Of a stretch of 64,000 bases of DNA, positions 38,353 to 48,092 are shown piece after piece. The stretch lies in the NCBI GenBank assembly GCA_029213005.1, contig JARGPI010000030.1, positions 3,984 through 67,983 on the forward strand, in the 5' to 3' direction. Numbering within the stretch: the stretch's first letter is position 1; each line of letters opens with the position of its first letter. Below the pieces are notes generated by a model. It searched no databases, was not told where the DNA came from, and saw only the letters and a list, made by a program, of their open reading frames with translations. This DNA is from Verrucomicrobiales bacterium (GTDB lineage Bacteria; Verrucomicrobiota; Verrucomicrobiia; Verrucomicrobiales; DEV007). The position numbers and the translations under genes were made by a program.

Positions 38353-38652
38353 CTAAAAGAAGTCGTCGACCTGCGATACCACGCAGCGCGTTGCCGGATC
38401 CCGCCCCATCCGTTTGGTTACATCCTGAAACCGTCGTACGGCGGCGACGACCCGCCCGGCAGCCTCTTCATCGATAATTGTAACAATCACATTATTGATC
38501 CCCGGCCCGATAGCATTGTTCAGCTTTTCACCGGATTCACCTTTTCCGGTGACGCCGTGAAAGCGGGTGTAGTTATCTACCTTGGCCTGTCGGAGAATCA
38601 TCATGATCTCATTCTCATTTGATTCCTCGAATATTATTTCCACACGCTTCAT
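38353..38652 (-). CDS. PII-like protein (PG0541-type, transporter-associated)
   Basis: MKRVEII ... YTRFHGVTGKGESG ... GPGINNVIVTII ... V.AVRRF; PII-like size (99 aa); start overlaps the RND-A stop (ATGA). Confidence 0.75.
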   Translation of the reverse strand: MKRVEIIFEESNENEIMMILRQAKVDNYTRFHGVTGKGESGEKLNNAIGPGINNVIVTIIDEEAAGRVVAAVRRFQDVTKRMGRDPATRCVVSQVDDFF

Positions 38653-41600
38653 ATATTTCCCCCCAGCATTCGATCTTTAGCGACTGAAAAACGAAATCCC
38701 AGTGACGATGAAAATTCGGCCAACTCATCCAGCAATGAATAGAGAATCGGCAAGGCGAGCAGCGTCAATGGAGTCGACGCGATAAGACCGCCCACCACAA
38801 CCGCCGCCACACCCCGGTAAAGTTCCGTTCCTTCGCCCACTCCGAAAATCAAGGGCACCATCCCGAGAATCGATGTCGTGCTGGTAATCAGAATGCTGCG
38901 CAGCTTCCGTACCGAACCCTGGATAATGGCATCGTCCCGCTCCACACCACGCTGCCGGAGAATATTGATATATTCGACGAGGATAATTCCGTTATTCACC
39001 ACCACCCCGCAAAGAATTACCGCCCCCACGAAGGCCCCGAGGCTGAAAAGTTCGCCGGTGAGATTCAGCATCAAAACCGAACCCGCCGCGGCCAGTGGAA
39101 CCGTTACCATGATCGCGAGCGGATCGAGAAATTTTTCGAACTGGCTGCACATAATCATATAGATCAAAGCCACCGAAATCAAAAAGGCGAAAAACGCATC
39201 TGAAAATGATTCTTTAGTATCTTTGGCCTCACTTTCGATTTGATAGCCAAAGGAATCGTTAAATCCGGGGATGAGTGAAAGCGCCTTTTCAATTTGGGCG
39301 GTCACATCCCCAATTGTCTCACCCGTAACATCATAGGGCGCATAGTGACATTCCAGATTAACGGTCGGTTTCCGGTTGGTCCGCTCCAAAACAATACTGC
39401 CCTCTCCCGGTGAGGGATTCACCACCGCAACTTCCCTGATTTCGTGAAGCAAACCGGTGGAAGCGGAGCGAACCCGGAGGCTCTCCAGCGATTCCGGGGT
39501 GAAATTGCCTTTCGACTCTCCATTACTGTCCTCCAGAAACACCGTGACATCCGTCTCGCCCCCGTTCTCCAAAACCGTTGCGGCCTTCACTCCATAAACC
39601 GACGCTCTGACCGTGTCTGATATTTGCCGGGTGGTTAACCCTTTCTCATTCAGCTCCACCCGTTTCGGCAGTGTAGAGATTTCGATCTCTTTTGGCGTTT
39701 CGTTGATCCGGATTCGCTGATAGATCGCACTGGGTATCGTTTTGAAGACAGGTAGAATCCGTTCCTCCACCTCGGTCTGGAGCGCTTTGAGCTGGCTCGA
39801 TTCATCAAGATCCGACCACGGTTTCCGGGAATACACTTTAAACACAATCGGAGCTGTGGTACCTCCGCGAATTTTGTCTACCAGCGAGACGAAGTTTTTG
39901 CCTTTCAAATCCGGTGTAGAATCGCAACCCTCGCGAATCTGCTGTACACATCTTGATAGAGAGGACCATTGCTGAGGGCGCATTTTCGGTCCTCCTTCAA
40001 TTTCCCGGTTAGGGTAAAGCCTCACGAATAATTTACCTTCGTCATTTCGAATATCTGCTGAGATCGATTTTACAAAATCACGATAGGGAGCGGTTTGCAG
40101 TAATTCTTCGACGCGCTTTAAGCGTTCATCCACGTAGTCGAGCGTCACTCCTGCCGGGGCCTCAAACCGGATCCACAGTTCATCGACATTACCCTGAGGA
40201 AGAAAGCCCCGACCGGGCAAAAATTTCAATGAGAGCAAGGATATCCCGATGAGAAAAACCAATATACCGATTTTGAGAGGCCGCCCCCGAAGCAAAAGCT
40301 TCAAAAGATCGGAGAGTGAATTCTCACTGAATCGATCCCATCGGCACATCGCTTTCTCTATTTTCTGAAAAGGTCGCAACACCACTCCGAGCCATCCGGT
40401 CGCCACCTTTTGGTCCGCCGACTTGGGAGAAAGAATCCGGGCACTGACCATGGGGATAAAGACAATTCCCACTACCATACTCATCAAAACCGACCAGATA
40501 ATGGCGTGGGCGAGACTTTTGAATACCTCCTGCATCAACCCCGGTATAAACAGGATCGGCAGAAACACCGCGACGCTCGTCATTGTCGAGCTGAAGATCC
40601 CCATCGCCACTTCCGAAGCTCCCCGGATCGCCGCCTCTTTCGGGTTTTGACCGAGGCTCAGTTGTTTATAGATCGATTCGATTAACACGATGGAACTGTC
40701 GAGCGTTAAACCGACAGCCAGCCCCAGCCCGCCAAGGGTCAGAATATTCCGACTGATATCAAATCCGTTCAAAAAGATCGCGGCAGACATCATACTAATC
40801 GGCGTTGCCAGCACAACGATAACCGCCGCCCGGAGATCGCGAAGGAACAGAAACAACAGCAACCCTGCGAGGCCGCCCCCCTGCACGATCGAACTGATCA
40901 CAAGTGACTGGGAACTGATCACATACTCGGAATCGTCCTGAGCGATCTGGACTTTGATACCACGTTTTTCCAATACGGGGCTCAATCGTTCCAACTCTTT
41001 CTTAATGCGTTCAACTACCGTAACGACCGACGCGTCCGACGATTTCTTTATCGATAAACCAACCGAAGGCGCGCCATCGATCCGGGCATAGCTCCGTGTT
41101 TCTTTATTAGTCCGGATTACCTCTGCCACATCGCGAATCCTGATTGGACTTTGACCCGGAGGATTTGCCACAATCAAATTTTCGAGATCAGCTTCGGTAT
41201 TGGCTTTCCCCAGAATCCGAAGGGACGCCACCTTTCCATCTTCGATCTCTATTGTGCCACCTTTCCGGTTTTTCGATTCGATCGAGACGGCGCGGATCAA
41301 ACTGAGAACGGTTAATTGATACTGAGCGAGTTTATCCCGGTCACCGACTACCCGGTATTCCGGATCGGTTCCCCCGACGACTTCGACTTCGCCAACCCCG
41401 GCGAGTCTTTCCAGCCCGGGTTTTATCATATCATCAGCCAGCCCCCGCAGGTCCTCAGTCGATAGACCACCACCGACGATATCGAACCGGAAAACCGGAG
41501 CACTCGACGGATCGAACTTCTTGATTAAGGGGCGTGACGCGGCATCGGGGAGATTCAGAGCATTCACCAGCTCCCTCACTTCGATCTCTGCGGCCCGGAC

Positions 41601-41900
41601 ATCGGTTCCCCAATCCAACTGTAGAATGAGGCGGCTCTCCCCCTCCAGCGAAATCGAATTCAATGAGACCAGATTACTGACTCCATTGAGACTTTCCTCG
41701 AGAGGCAGGGTCACTTCTTTATGAACCTTTTCGGGTGAGGTCTTCGGAACTTCCGTTAGCACTACGAGAGTCGGTATAGAAATACTGGGAAGTAACTCCA
41801 CTTCCATCCGGTTGAGTGAAAAGATCCCTCCCATGACCAGAGCCAGCATCAACATGCAGGTCGTCACCGGATGATTAACACTGAACCGAATGATATTCAT
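38649..41900 (-). CDS. RND efflux permease (AcrB/MdtC-like), subunit A
   Basis: FSVNHPV, ELLPSISIP, GLTLDSSIVLIE, GVVVNNGIILVE, KLRSILITSTT. Confidence 0.95.
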   Translation of the reverse strand: MNIIRFSVNHPVTTCMLMLALVMGGIFSLNRMEVELLPSISIPTLVVLTEVPKTSPEKVHKEVTLPLEESLNGVSNLVSLNSISLEGESRLILQLDWGTDVRAAEIEVRELVNALNLPDAASRPLIKKFDPSSAPVFRFDIVGGGLSTEDLRGLADDMIKPGLERLAGVGEVEVVGGTDPEYRVVGDRDKLAQYQLTVLSLIRAVSIESKNRKGGTIEIEDGKVASLRILGKANTEADLENLIVANPPGQSPIRIRDVAEVIRTNKETRSYARIDGAPSVGLSIKKSSDASVVTVVERIKKELERLSPVLEKRGIKVQIAQDDSEYVISSQSLVISSIVQGGGLAGLLLFLFLRDLRAAVIVVLATPISMMSAAIFLNGFDISRNILTLGGLGLAVGLTLDSSIVLIESIYKQLSLGQNPKEAAIRGASEVAMGIFSSTMTSVAVFLPILFIPGLMQEVFKSLAHAIIWSVLMSMVVGIVFIPMVSARILSPKSADQKVATGWLGVVLRPFQKIEKAMCRWDRFSENSLSDLLKLLLRGRPLKIGILVFLIGISLLSLKFLPGRGFLPQGNVDELWIRFEAPAGVTLDYVDERLKRVEELLQTAPYRDFVKSISADIRNDEGKLFVRLYPNREIEGGPKMRPQQWSSLSRCVQQIREGCDSTPDLKGKNFVSLVDKIRGGTTAPIVFKVYSRKPWSDLDESSQLKALQTEVEERILPVFKTIPSAIYQRIRINETPKEIEISTLPKRVELNEKGLTTRQISDTVRASVYGVKAATVLENGGETDVTVFLEDSNGESKGNFTPESLESLRVRSASTGLLHEIREVAVVNPSPGEGSIVLERTNRKPTVNLECHYAPYDVTGETIGDVTAQIEKALSLIPGFNDSFGYQIESEAKDTKESFSDAFFAFLISVALIYMIMCSQFEKFLDPLAIMVTVPLAAAGSVLMLNLTGELFSLGAFVGAVILCGVVVNNGIILVEYINILRQRGVERDDAIIQGSVRKLRSILITSTTSILGMVPLIFGVGEGTELYRGVAAVVVGGLIASTPLTLLALPILYSLLDELAEFSSSLGFRFSVAKDRMLGGNI

Positions 41901-43879
41901 TCCGGAAGCCCGACTGACTCATCCGGATTCAGGATCACCACTTTCAGTCCGTGCTTCACCGCCTTATTCCCTTTAATTACAATCAGATCGTCAGCCGAGA
42001 GCTTTTTCGAATCTTCAATCGGCAACGTCTCAATATACTTTTTGCCGAGATGCTCTACCTCCTGACCGCGCCGGACCGGCACCAGATTAGCGACACTTTC
42101 CCCCGGATCGATCGTAAAAACATGATAGCCAGACTGGTTGTTGGTGTCGAGAGCGGAAAGCGGGATCAGCACAGAGCCCTCGCGAGTCCGGGTAATAAAC
42201 CGTACCGAAACCTGCTGCCCGGGCCGAAAATGATAGTCCCGGTTCGGCACTGAAATCTCTACATCATAAGTCCGGTTCAAAGCGGTGGGAGGGATGTAGC
42301 TTACCTTTCCCCGAAAGACCTGCTCCGGAGCCCGCGACAGCCAGACCTCCGCCTCCATATTTTTACGGATTGATATGATATCGTCCTCCGATACCGAAAC
42401 GGTCACTTTCACCTCGCTCTCATACTCGATCAACTCCATCGAGGAATTGATAGCGGTCACTGTATACCCCTCTTTCAAATCGAGCCGGTTCACGACGCCT
42501 GCGGAATTGGCGGTGATCGTCAGATCATCGATCATCACATCGACATCACCGAGCTCGGTTTGGACCTGAAAGACCTTCTCTTTCGCCTGCACAATGGTTC
42601 GCTCCGCCTGCTCTTTCTCCTCTGCCCGCAACTTCACCGCCGTGCGAGCCTCAGCCAGCTTCACGAGGATTTCGTCCCATTCTTTTTGAAGTAGATTTCC
42701 ATTCCGGTAAACGCGGTAGCTGCGGTCGTGTGTATTCTGGATGATGGAGAGATTTTCGCGGGCATTCCCCAGGACCGCGATGGCTTTGGCCACTTCCGAT
42801 TCCGTTTTCGCGACATCTTCCCGGGCCTGATTCAACCCCGCCACCGCCTGTTTCCGGGCGGAACGCAACTCTTCGGTCAATTCAAACGTGACCAGAGGCT
42901 CACCCTTCCGGACCCGGTCGCCGTTTTTGACATGCACCGTCTCGACTTTCCGCCCCGGCGGGAATGGAATGATATCCTGCCGCGCCAGCTGAACATTTCC
43001 GGTTTTCTCCAGCGTCACCGGAACATCCGCCACGACAGGATGCCCGACCAGCACCGGCACCACTTCCTGAGCCCCGGGCTGAGTCGCCTCCGAAGCGACA
43101 GATTCGGGATTATCTCCCCGCCCCGACATATAGAGAAATACCAATACTCCCGAAATGATCGCCGAAATCAGCCCAAAGGCAGCCGTGTTGCACCCCGAAG
43201 CAAAGCGGGATTCTTTTTCATCCGTCATCTGAGCTGCCGCAGCCTCTTCATCAACCTCGGCAAAAGAAAACATGAAGCGATGCGTTCCTACTTGTATTAC
43301 ATCGCCGGATCGCAATACTTCTTTCTTTACCGGCCGATTGTTTAGCAGCGTCCCGTTTGAAGAACCCAGATCCCTGAGAAAATACCGGGAATTTTCCAAG
43401 ACGATTTCGGTATTGATGCGACTCGAACCGGGGTCATCGATCTGAATCCGACAGATGGGCAGCCGACCTATCAACGTCGGCTCCTCACCAAGTATAAAAA
43501 CCGAGCCCTGACCTGCGCCGGATTTCTGAGTGAGAACACCGCTCTTCCCACCCGGGGCCAAATCGGTAAGGATTTCCGAGGCACTACCGGTTTTGGCTAG
43601 CTGAAGTTGATACTCCCCGATCTCAATGACATCGCCTTCCTTGATTTCCACCCTGGTTTTCGGCGGAATCGAGACACTGCTGATTACCGTGCCATTACCC
43701 GTCCCCAGATCTTCGAAAAAGAATAGTCCATCCCTTGCCGTGAGGCGACCATGACGGCGCGAAGCTTTAGGGTCATCAATAGAAATATCGCTGTCCGGAT
43801 GCCTTCCAACGCTCCAGTTCCCCGCCGATTTCAGAGGGAAATGAGTGGTCGACGATTTTGAGAGTATCACTAATTCCAT
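41897..43879 (-). CDS. RND periplasmic adaptor (MFP) with two N-terminal FHA domains
   Basis: FHA1 WSVGRHPDSDI.IDDPKASRRH ... DLGTGNGT; FHA2 LIGRLPICRI.IDDPGSSRIN ... DLGSSNGT; one TM helix; then lipoyl/hairpin/beta-barrel MFP (VHVKNGDRVRKGEPL, ITANSAGVV, FRGKVSYI, FRPGQ, LIPLSAL). Confidence 0.9.
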   Translation of the reverse strand: MELVILSKSSTTHFPLKSAGNWSVGRHPDSDISIDDPKASRRHGRLTARDGLFFFEDLGTGNGTVISSVSIPPKTRVEIKEGDVIEIGEYQLQLAKTGSASEILTDLAPGGKSGVLTQKSGAGQGSVFILGEEPTLIGRLPICRIQIDDPGSSRINTEIVLENSRYFLRDLGSSNGTLLNNRPVKKEVLRSGDVIQVGTHRFMFSFAEVDEEAAAAQMTDEKESRFASGCNTAAFGLISAIISGVLVFLYMSGRGDNPESVASEATQPGAQEVVPVLVGHPVVADVPVTLEKTGNVQLARQDIIPFPPGRKVETVHVKNGDRVRKGEPLVTFELTEELRSARKQAVAGLNQAREDVAKTESEVAKAIAVLGNARENLSIIQNTHDRSYRVYRNGNLLQKEWDEILVKLAEARTAVKLRAEEKEQAERTIVQAKEKVFQVQTELGDVDVMIDDLTITANSAGVVNRLDLKEGYTVTAINSSMELIEYESEVKVTVSVSEDDIISIRKNMEAEVWLSRAPEQVFRGKVSYIPPTALNRTYDVEISVPNRDYHFRPGQQVSVRFITRTREGSVLIPLSALDTNNQSGYHVFTIDPGESVANLVPVRRGQEVEHLGKKYIETLPIEDSKKLSADDLIVIKGNKAVKHGLKVVILNPDESVGLPE

Positions 43880-43912
43880 AGCTCCCTCCGGGCCACGAGC
43901 AGACCGTATTAA

Positions 43913-45445
43913 CTACGGATTAATCATCCCCGCTTCCCGGTCGAGATGGGCCTGAGCCTCTTTCACGTCATACATAGCCTTGAGAACTCCGACTTTCGCT
44001 TCGTTGAATTCATTCTCAGCTTTGGCTACATCTGCCCGGGTTGCGTTTTTGATCAATGCCAGTTCCTTTCTTAACTTTAGATTTTCAGTAGCAGCTGCTG
44101 CATTCTTCTTTGCTACAGTAACACTATTAAGAGCTTCTTCGACTCTATTTTGTGCCTCTTTAATCCTCAGTTGTAGAGAACCGTTCAGAGTCGCCGCATC
44201 AGCAGCGAGCTGGATCTGCCTGGCATAGGCTTCATTCAACTTGGCATTTGCCGCGACTCGCTGACGTCCGACCGGCACACTGACATAGGCACCGACCTGA
44301 TAGTTTGATCCATCGGGCAATAGATTCGTCGTCCCGATAGTCTCCTGCGAATTCGATTCCTCGACATGCCCCCGCAACACCACTTTAGGGAGTCGTCCCG
44401 CCCGGGCGGCCCGCTCCGCTGAAGAGGCCGCCATTTCCGCCGCCCGCACCCGCTGCATTTCAGGGTGACATTCCACATCCACCAGATCGATGCCGGGGCG
44501 TCTTGATACCGATAAACGCTCATTCACCGTAACGCAGTCATTTCGATCCCGACCTATATAGAACAACAACTGCGCCGCGGAGAGATCGTAGCCATTTTTC
44601 GCCTTCAACAGTTCCTGCTCTGCCTGAGCCACGCCGGCATCTACCAGAAGCAACTCAGCATTCCGGGCCTCGCGGGCCTTGACCCGATCCAGCACCGCTG
44701 CCTTTTCTCTCCGTTTTGCGGCAAGTGCCGATTCCCGCAGAGCGACCACTTCTTTGAAAAAGACCAATCTCCAATAGACCTCCGTCACGTGATAAACTGT
44801 CTCCAATTCTTTGACCTTCGCGTGCCAGAAATGCGACTTGGCCTGCGACCTTTCCATTTGAATCTTCCCCCGGGTTTCCCCCCAGTCGAGCAGAGCCTGC
44901 TCGGCCATCAGGCCATAGGCATCCCGCTTGCTTTCACCTCCGCCAATCCGACCGGGCACCCCGAATGTTGCCCCGGGCTGCGAATCGTGAGTGCCATAAG
45001 CGGCGATCAGGGGAAAAGCGTCTTTACCCGTAAATTCACTCTGTGCCAGCTTGATAATTTGATCCTGGCGAACGGAAAGCAGCTCTGGATTGCGCTGCAG
45101 AGCTTCCTCAATCAAACTCGACAAAGCGTCCGATCGGCTCTTTTTCGCAACGGGGATCTCCTGCGGTGCTACCGGAACCGCCACATATCGCGGTTTTTCT
45201 TCGGGTGGTGCCGGTTCCTTCTTTTCAGGCCCTTTCAGCCTTTTGAACAAACCGGGGCCTTTCCGAAATTTCTTCGCTTTCACCTCGGCCTCCACCGGTG
45301 TCGCGATCAATGGCTCATCGGCCCTTGAATCGATCATGAAAAGCATCAAAACGAGTAACACACCACAGCAAAACGCCCCGTGAACGCTTCTCAAAGAAGC
45401 CCGCCCACTTTTCGTTGTTCTGGTTTCCTGCTCTCTCATGACCAC
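43913..45445 (-). CDS. TolC-family outer-membrane efflux protein
   Basis: LIEEALQRNPEL, LLDWGETRG, YHVTEVYWRL, RAARAGRLPKV, GAYVSVPV; helical-barrel repeats. Confidence 0.9.
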   Translation of the reverse strand: MVMREQETRTTKSGRASLRSVHGAFCCGVLLVLMLFMIDSRADEPLIATPVEAEVKAKKFRKGPGLFKRLKGPEKKEPAPPEEKPRYVAVPVAPQEIPVAKKSRSDALSSLIEEALQRNPELLSVRQDQIIKLAQSEFTGKDAFPLIAAYGTHDSQPGATFGVPGRIGGGESKRDAYGLMAEQALLDWGETRGKIQMERSQAKSHFWHAKVKELETVYHVTEVYWRLVFFKEVVALRESALAAKRREKAAVLDRVKAREARNAELLLVDAGVAQAEQELLKAKNGYDLSAAQLLFYIGRDRNDCVTVNERLSVSRRPGIDLVDVECHPEMQRVRAAEMAASSAERAARAGRLPKVVLRGHVEESNSQETIGTTNLLPDGSNYQVGAYVSVPVGRQRVAANAKLNEAYARQIQLAADAATLNGSLQLRIKEAQNRVEEALNSVTVAKKNAAAATENLKLRKELALIKNATRADVAKAENEFNEAKVGVLKAMYDVKEAQAHLDREAGMINP

Positions 45446-45619
45446 GCGCTATCCCCCAACCGAACCCTAGAAAGGGAAAGCAGAAAGTCAAAGCAATCTT
45501 AATATCTAAGAAACCTTAATAATTGGGTGATTCGACCCGTTTCCAGCGCGAAAATTCGGGACGCCGGGGCTTGAAAATCGAGTCAGGAAGCCTATTGAGT
45601 CGGAACGACATCTAGTTTC

Positions 45620-46129
45620 ATGGTTCACTCAGAATTATTTTCATCGGTAAAAGCCGCTTTTGATCGCGAAGGCTGGGCCTTCACGGAGGTCGAGGGACGG
45701 GAGGTTCTGACCTGTGGTTTCGAAGCTCATCACACCCGGGTGAACCTGCATGTCCAGACTTTCCAGCAAATGAGAGCGGTTTCCGTGGTTTCAGAATCCG
45801 CCCTCCGGACTTCCAACCCGCTGCAGCGGGACCGCCTCGCCGAATTGGTGATGCGAGTCAATCACACCCTCACGGTCGGAGCGTTTGAATTGCAATGGGA
45901 TATCGGCCAGATCATCTTCCGGATCACTAATCTGTTCCCGACTCCGCAGGGCGATATCGATATCATCGCTGGACTGGTTCACAATGTCGTCGCCGAGATG
46001 GACAGAATCAGCCCGATGGAAACCTTGCTCCACCGGGCTGAGGGTCCGGAACTGGCCGGAATTGACATTCTGGAATTAATCAACCGTGAAGACCTCCTGC
46101 CAGAGGTCCCGGTTCCTCAGGGAGAGTGA
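45620..46129 (+). CDS. YbjN / type III chaperone-like domain protein
   Basis: FDREGW.F ... LAELVMRVNHTLTVGAFELQWDIGQIIFR, typical of the YbjN family. Confidence 0.75.
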   Translation: MVHSELFSSVKAAFDREGWAFTEVEGREVLTCGFEAHHTRVNLHVQTFQQMRAVSVVSESALRTSNPLQRDRLAELVMRVNHTLTVGAFELQWDIGQIIFRITNLFPTPQGDIDIIAGLVHNVVAEMDRISPMETLLHRAEGPELAGIDILELINREDLLPEVPVPQGE

Positions 46130-46130
46130 A

Positions 46131-48092
46131 TCAGTCCCGGATCCGGCGAAAGCCGGCGTCGACGATTCGTTTCAGCATTCCCTGGTAATCACAATTTTCC
46201 ATTGCTGCCATTTTGGCCAGATGCCCGTCCCAACACCACCCCGGATTGGGGTTGGCTTCAAGGAGGCGGGGCGTTCCGTTTGAGTCAAGACGCCAGTCAA
46301 AGCGGGCATAATCCCGACATTCGAGGCGCTCGAACAATCGACGACACGAGGAGATCAAAAAGCTTTCCACTTCGACGTCCAAATCAGCCGGAATCGCCTT
46401 TAAATTCCAGTATGGCGATGTCGGATCCCACTTTGCCTCATATCCGCAGATTTTAGGCAGGTCATCAGGCAGGCAACTGTAGTCTTCCTGAATAATCGGT
46501 AGTGGAATCAAATCGTTCGGCATATTGCCGATAAATCCGACACTAATATCTTTACCAGTCAAAAATTCCTCAACCAGAATGGTCTGATTGTAGCCGAATT
46601 TTTCCCGGATTTCGCTGATCGCTTTTTCCAGCTCAAGAATATCGCGACAAACTGAATTTTGGGTGATCCCCACGCTGGAATCGCCAAAGTTCGGCTTAAC
46701 CATCACCGGAAAGGCAATCGTCAACTCATGGAAAGTCGTCGCATCCGGTTCGATCACAAATGCCTCAGGCACAGGGATTTCCATTTCTTTGGCAATTCCC
46801 CGGACCAGTGATTTGTCGAAACAGAAAGCGAGGCACTGAGGTGTACCGCCAGTGTATTCCACGCCCATGATCTCGAAAAGCGCCGGGACATGCAATTCGT
46901 AGCGGGCCCGGTTATCAAAACCCTCGTCGCACAAGTTGAATACCAGGTCACTATTTGCGTTTATCTCCGCGAGATCCGCAATAAGAGTGTCGTGGTTATC
47001 GTAGTAGGTAAATTGATAGCCCTCGAGCTCGTCGATCGCTTCACGCAGTTTATTTAATACCGCAAAATCATCCTCATCAAAAGAACCGTTCGGCTTTACG
47101 GTGTCGGTCCGTCGAGGATCTCCGAGGACAACGGCTACCTTCCGAACCGCTTCACTGGTTTTATCCTGAAGCGCCCATTCTTTATCGGGAGTTCCGATAT
47201 AGAGAATTCGCTGGGCCATCATCCCAAGGTCCTGATTTCTCTGGCTCACGGTAACAAACGGCTCGTGAGCGTTAACATCTTTAAAACCCTGATCCGTTAA
47301 AAACTGAATCATCTGCGGCTCGGAGTAAAGTCGCTCAGCATAGAACTGGTCCGATACCACACCCTTCCGGGTATGAGTGATCACTTCGCGGGAAATCAAA
47401 CGGCTCCCATCATCCGAGAGGCAACGCTCCCGGCAAACCAGGTAGTTTTTATCAATCCATTCCCAACTTCTCGGTTCATACTTCGAGCGCATATACTCGC
47501 CGTCGGTCAGATCAAGGAGCACTTTTCCATCCGGTTTCAGAATGCGATGAATCTCGCTGAGCACCGCCTCGTCTTCCTGAGACGAATCGAAATACCCGAA
47601 ACTGTTTCCGGGAACCATCACAAAGTCGAAAGTGTCATCAGGGAACGGAAGGGTCCGCGCATCACCTTCACGGAAAGTGATACTGAGCCCTTCACGCTTC
47701 GAAGTGATCCGCGCACGGGAAATCAAATAGTGAGACCGGTCGAGACCCGTAACGTTCGCAAAACCCCGTCTCGCGAGAGCGATTGAGTGACGTCCCTGAC
47801 CACAGCAGAGATCGAGGAATTTTGCGTCGGGAGCCGGATTGAGCACATTGAGAAAAGCCGAGATTTCACTCTCGGTAATTTCCGGATCGTTTACGACATC
47901 CCCGTCAGTTCTGAGGTAGTTGGCGTTGAACACATCTCTCCACCAGTCCGCTTTGACATAGCTTTGTAAGTCATCAACCGGGCCGAGAATTTCCGGCTTC
48001 CGATTGTTCTTTTTTGGTTTCGATGGCTTACGCCGGGTGGTTTTGGGGGCCTTGGCCCGCTTAGGTGACTTTTCAGTTGTCGATATCTTCAT
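46131..48092 (-). CDS. SAM-dependent methyltransferase fused to a D-Ala-D-Ala-ligase-like ATP-grasp domain
   Basis: FLDLCCGQGRH, EGDARTLPF, GNSFGYF, LKPDGKVLLD; then VFNLCDEG, EYTGG, VKPNFGDSSVGI, EEFLTG, RDYARFDWR, LEANPNPG. Confidence 0.88.
   Translation of the reverse strand: MKISTTEKSPKRAKAPKTTRRKPSKPKKNNRKPEILGPVDDLQSYVKADWWRDVFNANYLRTDGDVVNDPEITESEISAFLNVLNPAPDAKFLDLCCGQGRHSIALARRGFANVTGLDRSHYLISRARITSKREGLSITFREGDARTLPFPDDTFDFVMVPGNSFGYFDSSQEDEAVLSEIHRILKPDGKVLLDLTDGEYMRSKYEPRSWEWIDKNYLVCRERCLSDDGSRLISREVITHTRKGVVSDQFYAERLYSEPQMIQFLTDQGFKDVNAHEPFVTVSQRNQDLGMMAQRILYIGTPDKEWALQDKTSEAVRKVAVVLGDPRRTDTVKPNGSFDEDDFAVLNKLREAIDELEGYQFTYYDNHDTLIADLAEINANSDLVFNLCDEGFDNRARYELHVPALFEIMGVEYTGGTPQCLAFCFDKSLVRGIAKEMEIPVPEAFVIEPDATTFHELTIAFPVMVKPNFGDSSVGITQNSVCRDILELEKAISEIREKFGYNQTILVEEFLTGKDISVGFIGNMPNDLIPLPIIQEDYSCLPDDLPKICGYEAKWDPTSPYWNLKAIPADLDVEVESFLISSCRRLFERLECRDYARFDWRLDSNGTPRLLEANPNPGWCWDGHLAKMAAMENCDYQGMLKRIVDAGFRRIRD

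Noticed and set aside
46131-48092. Calling the fusion ddl
   Set aside because: It lacks the Ddl N-terminal GGxSxEH motif, is fused to a methyltransferase and is not in a cell-wall cluster
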